Assembly (NCBI GenBank): GCA_977016875.1
Contig: CDRNST010000162.1
Coordinates: 2,666,001 to 2,730,000 of the forward strand
Direction: 5' to 3'
Origin: Pavona decussata
Lineage: Eukaryota
Length of the DNA stretch: 64,000 nt
The notes beneath the pieces were generated by a model. That model was not told the origin of the DNA, made no database searches, and saw only the letters and a program-made list of their open reading frames with translations. This document shows positions 63,601 to 64,000 of the stretch, in pieces (positions within the stretch are counted from its first letter, which is position 1; each line of letters starts with the position of its first letter). Made by a program: the position numbers and the translations under genes.

Positions 63601-64000
63601 TCCTATATTCATTGATTGCATACATGTACTGATATCACAGAGAGAAGTTATAGATACTGATACAGAGTAATTCACACTTCATTCGGTAGTCAAGAGTTAA
63701 AACAAACCTTGTACAACAAGTGACGTTGTAGCAGATGAATTATGGACACTGTTTATAACCAGACATGTGTAATTCCCAGCAACTTCTGAAGTGCTGGCAT
63801 TGATTTTCAACTGCACTAGGCTTTCATTGAAATATGCAATAGAGCCTTGTGCAAAATTCTCAATGGAAGCATTTCTTGATATAACAGTTCCATCTTTTTT
63901 CCACTGTACTTCAGAAGGTGTTAGTGAAGAATTATAGTGGCAAGTCAACAGAATGTCATTTCCTGTAACAACAAACTGTTTTGTAGGACCATCAATTGTC
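40507..64000 (-). CDS. Receptor-type protein tyrosine phosphatase (Ig - mucin-like stalk - TM - D1 - D2); 5' end beyond the window
   Basis: Exons: Ig >64000-63708; microexon array 63104-49462; TM 49256-49056 ([22 protein letters not shown] then RRR); D1 47534-47155, 46403-46113, 45957-45687 ([27 protein letters not shown]); D2 45094-44757, 44590-44465, 42255-42104, 41083-40948, 40581-40507 ([17 protein letters not shown]; ends [12 protein letters not shown]). All junctions are GT-AG with consistent phases. Confidence 0.95.
42487..42525 (-). ncRNA. Minimal hammerhead ribozyme motif in the 3' pLTR
   Basis: Minus strand reads CAU-UUGACAA-U-GACGA-uaugaag-UCGUC-GAAA-CGUC-AUG. Confidence 0.7.
44136..44174 (+). 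ncRNA. Minimal hammerhead ribozyme motif in the inverted pLTR
   Basis: Same motif as 42487-42525 on the plus strand: catttgacaatgacgatatgaagtcgtcgaaacgtcatg. Confidence 0.7.
46718..46874. mobile_element. Short Tc1/mariner-type MITE; older degenerate relatives at about 4550-5070
   Basis: Right end gaggttccactg-TA, repeated gtgtccgtattatagag motifs, and an inverted degenerate left end (aacctctttattacggacacc). Confidence 0.55.
47668..47766. repeat. About 99-bp near-perfect palindrome (fold-back MITE)
   Basis: actagcctcccacgcagtcgttttt...aaaaacgactgcgtgggaggctagt. Confidence 0.85.
48618..48984. mobile_element. MITE with imperfect TIRs
   Basis: agcaacgacgacggcaacggcaac ... gttgcctttgccgtcgtcgttgct. 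Confidence 0.65.
51260..51786. mobile_element. Tc1/mariner/pogo-type MITE in an array intron
   Basis: TA-flanked CAGTCGAAGCTCTC...GAGAACTTCGACTG with gtggtcgcttacgagag subterminal repeats. It interrupts the unit motif gaggaaatatagatc. Confidence 0.8.
52313..53377 (-). mobile_element. Internally deleted Crypton-like (tyrosine recombinase/DUF3504) element
   Basis: ORF 52905-53105 ([46 protein letters not shown]) resembles from memory the N-terminus of Crypton/DUF3504 proteins. No TIRs; a short direct repeat AAATA sits at both ends. It interrupts the unit motif gatttaactagaaactcac. Confidence 0.6.
55881..56374 (+). mobile_element. 3' fragment of a LINE with an (ATTG)n tail
   Basis: ORF with [19 protein letters not shown]...[21 protein letters not shown], typical of the C-terminus of CR1/L2-group ORF2, followed by a GATT microsatellite tail. 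Confidence 0.75.
57111..57646 (+). mobile_element. Second copy of the same LINE fragment at the same position in the repeat unit
   Basis: Same 5' junction (ggaccatggtgcaata|atgctaatgaaagtc) at offset 1230, with a longer (ATTG)n tail. Confidence 0.75.
59357..59575. mobile_element. Fold-back MITE with ~70-bp perfect TIRs and 9-bp TSD
   Basis: caatctcgtacccagagtcttcagg...cctgaagactctgggtacgagattg. TSD AGCTTCATA at 59348-59356 and 59576-59584. Confidence 0.85.
59972..61017. mobile_element. Non-autonomous insertion with 9-bp TSD
   Basis: TSD GTTTAAGAC at 59963-59971 and 61018-61026. Short termini CTCTCTC/GAGAGAG. It interrupts the unit motif cctgtttaagacaatg. Confidence 0.75.

Noticed and set aside
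40507-64000. Assigning a vertebrate symbol (PTPRA, PTPRF/LAR or PTPRC)
   Set aside because: The features are mixed (R4-like tail, LAR-like domain motifs, no FN3 repeats seen), so orthology needs a phylogeny.

Overview
Eukaryotic, AT-rich, intron-containing DNA. The repeat families and gene style suggest a cnidarian, probably a stony coral; this is an inference. All host genes are on the minus strand. (1) From beyond 64000 down to 40507 lies a receptor-type protein tyrosine phosphatase. It has an Ig exon, then about 14 kb of tandem ~370-bp units each carrying two frame-preserving microexons (42 nt and 30 nt) that encode a Thr/Ser/Pro/Ala-rich mucin-like stalk, then a TM exon and tandem PTP domains D1 and D2. 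D2 keeps the full catalytic motif set. (2) From 30782 to 4222 lie a signal-peptide exon and 19 phase-1 Ig I-set exons built by nested tandem duplication, with no visible membrane anchor. (3) From 2560 off the left edge lies the 5' end (signal exon plus Ig exon) of a paralogue of gene 1. The introns and intergenic DNA contain a 5'-truncated CR1/L2-type LINE, two Penelope-like elements with covarying minimal hammerhead ribozymes, a Crypton-like fragment and many MITEs. Best candidate for an undescribed system: a CD45-like receptor phosphatase whose ectodomain length could be tuned by splicing and copy number of about 50 microexons, tandemly duplicated and interleaved with a multi-Ig exon array. 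Exon coordinates were read by eye from GT-AG sites and lack transcript support.
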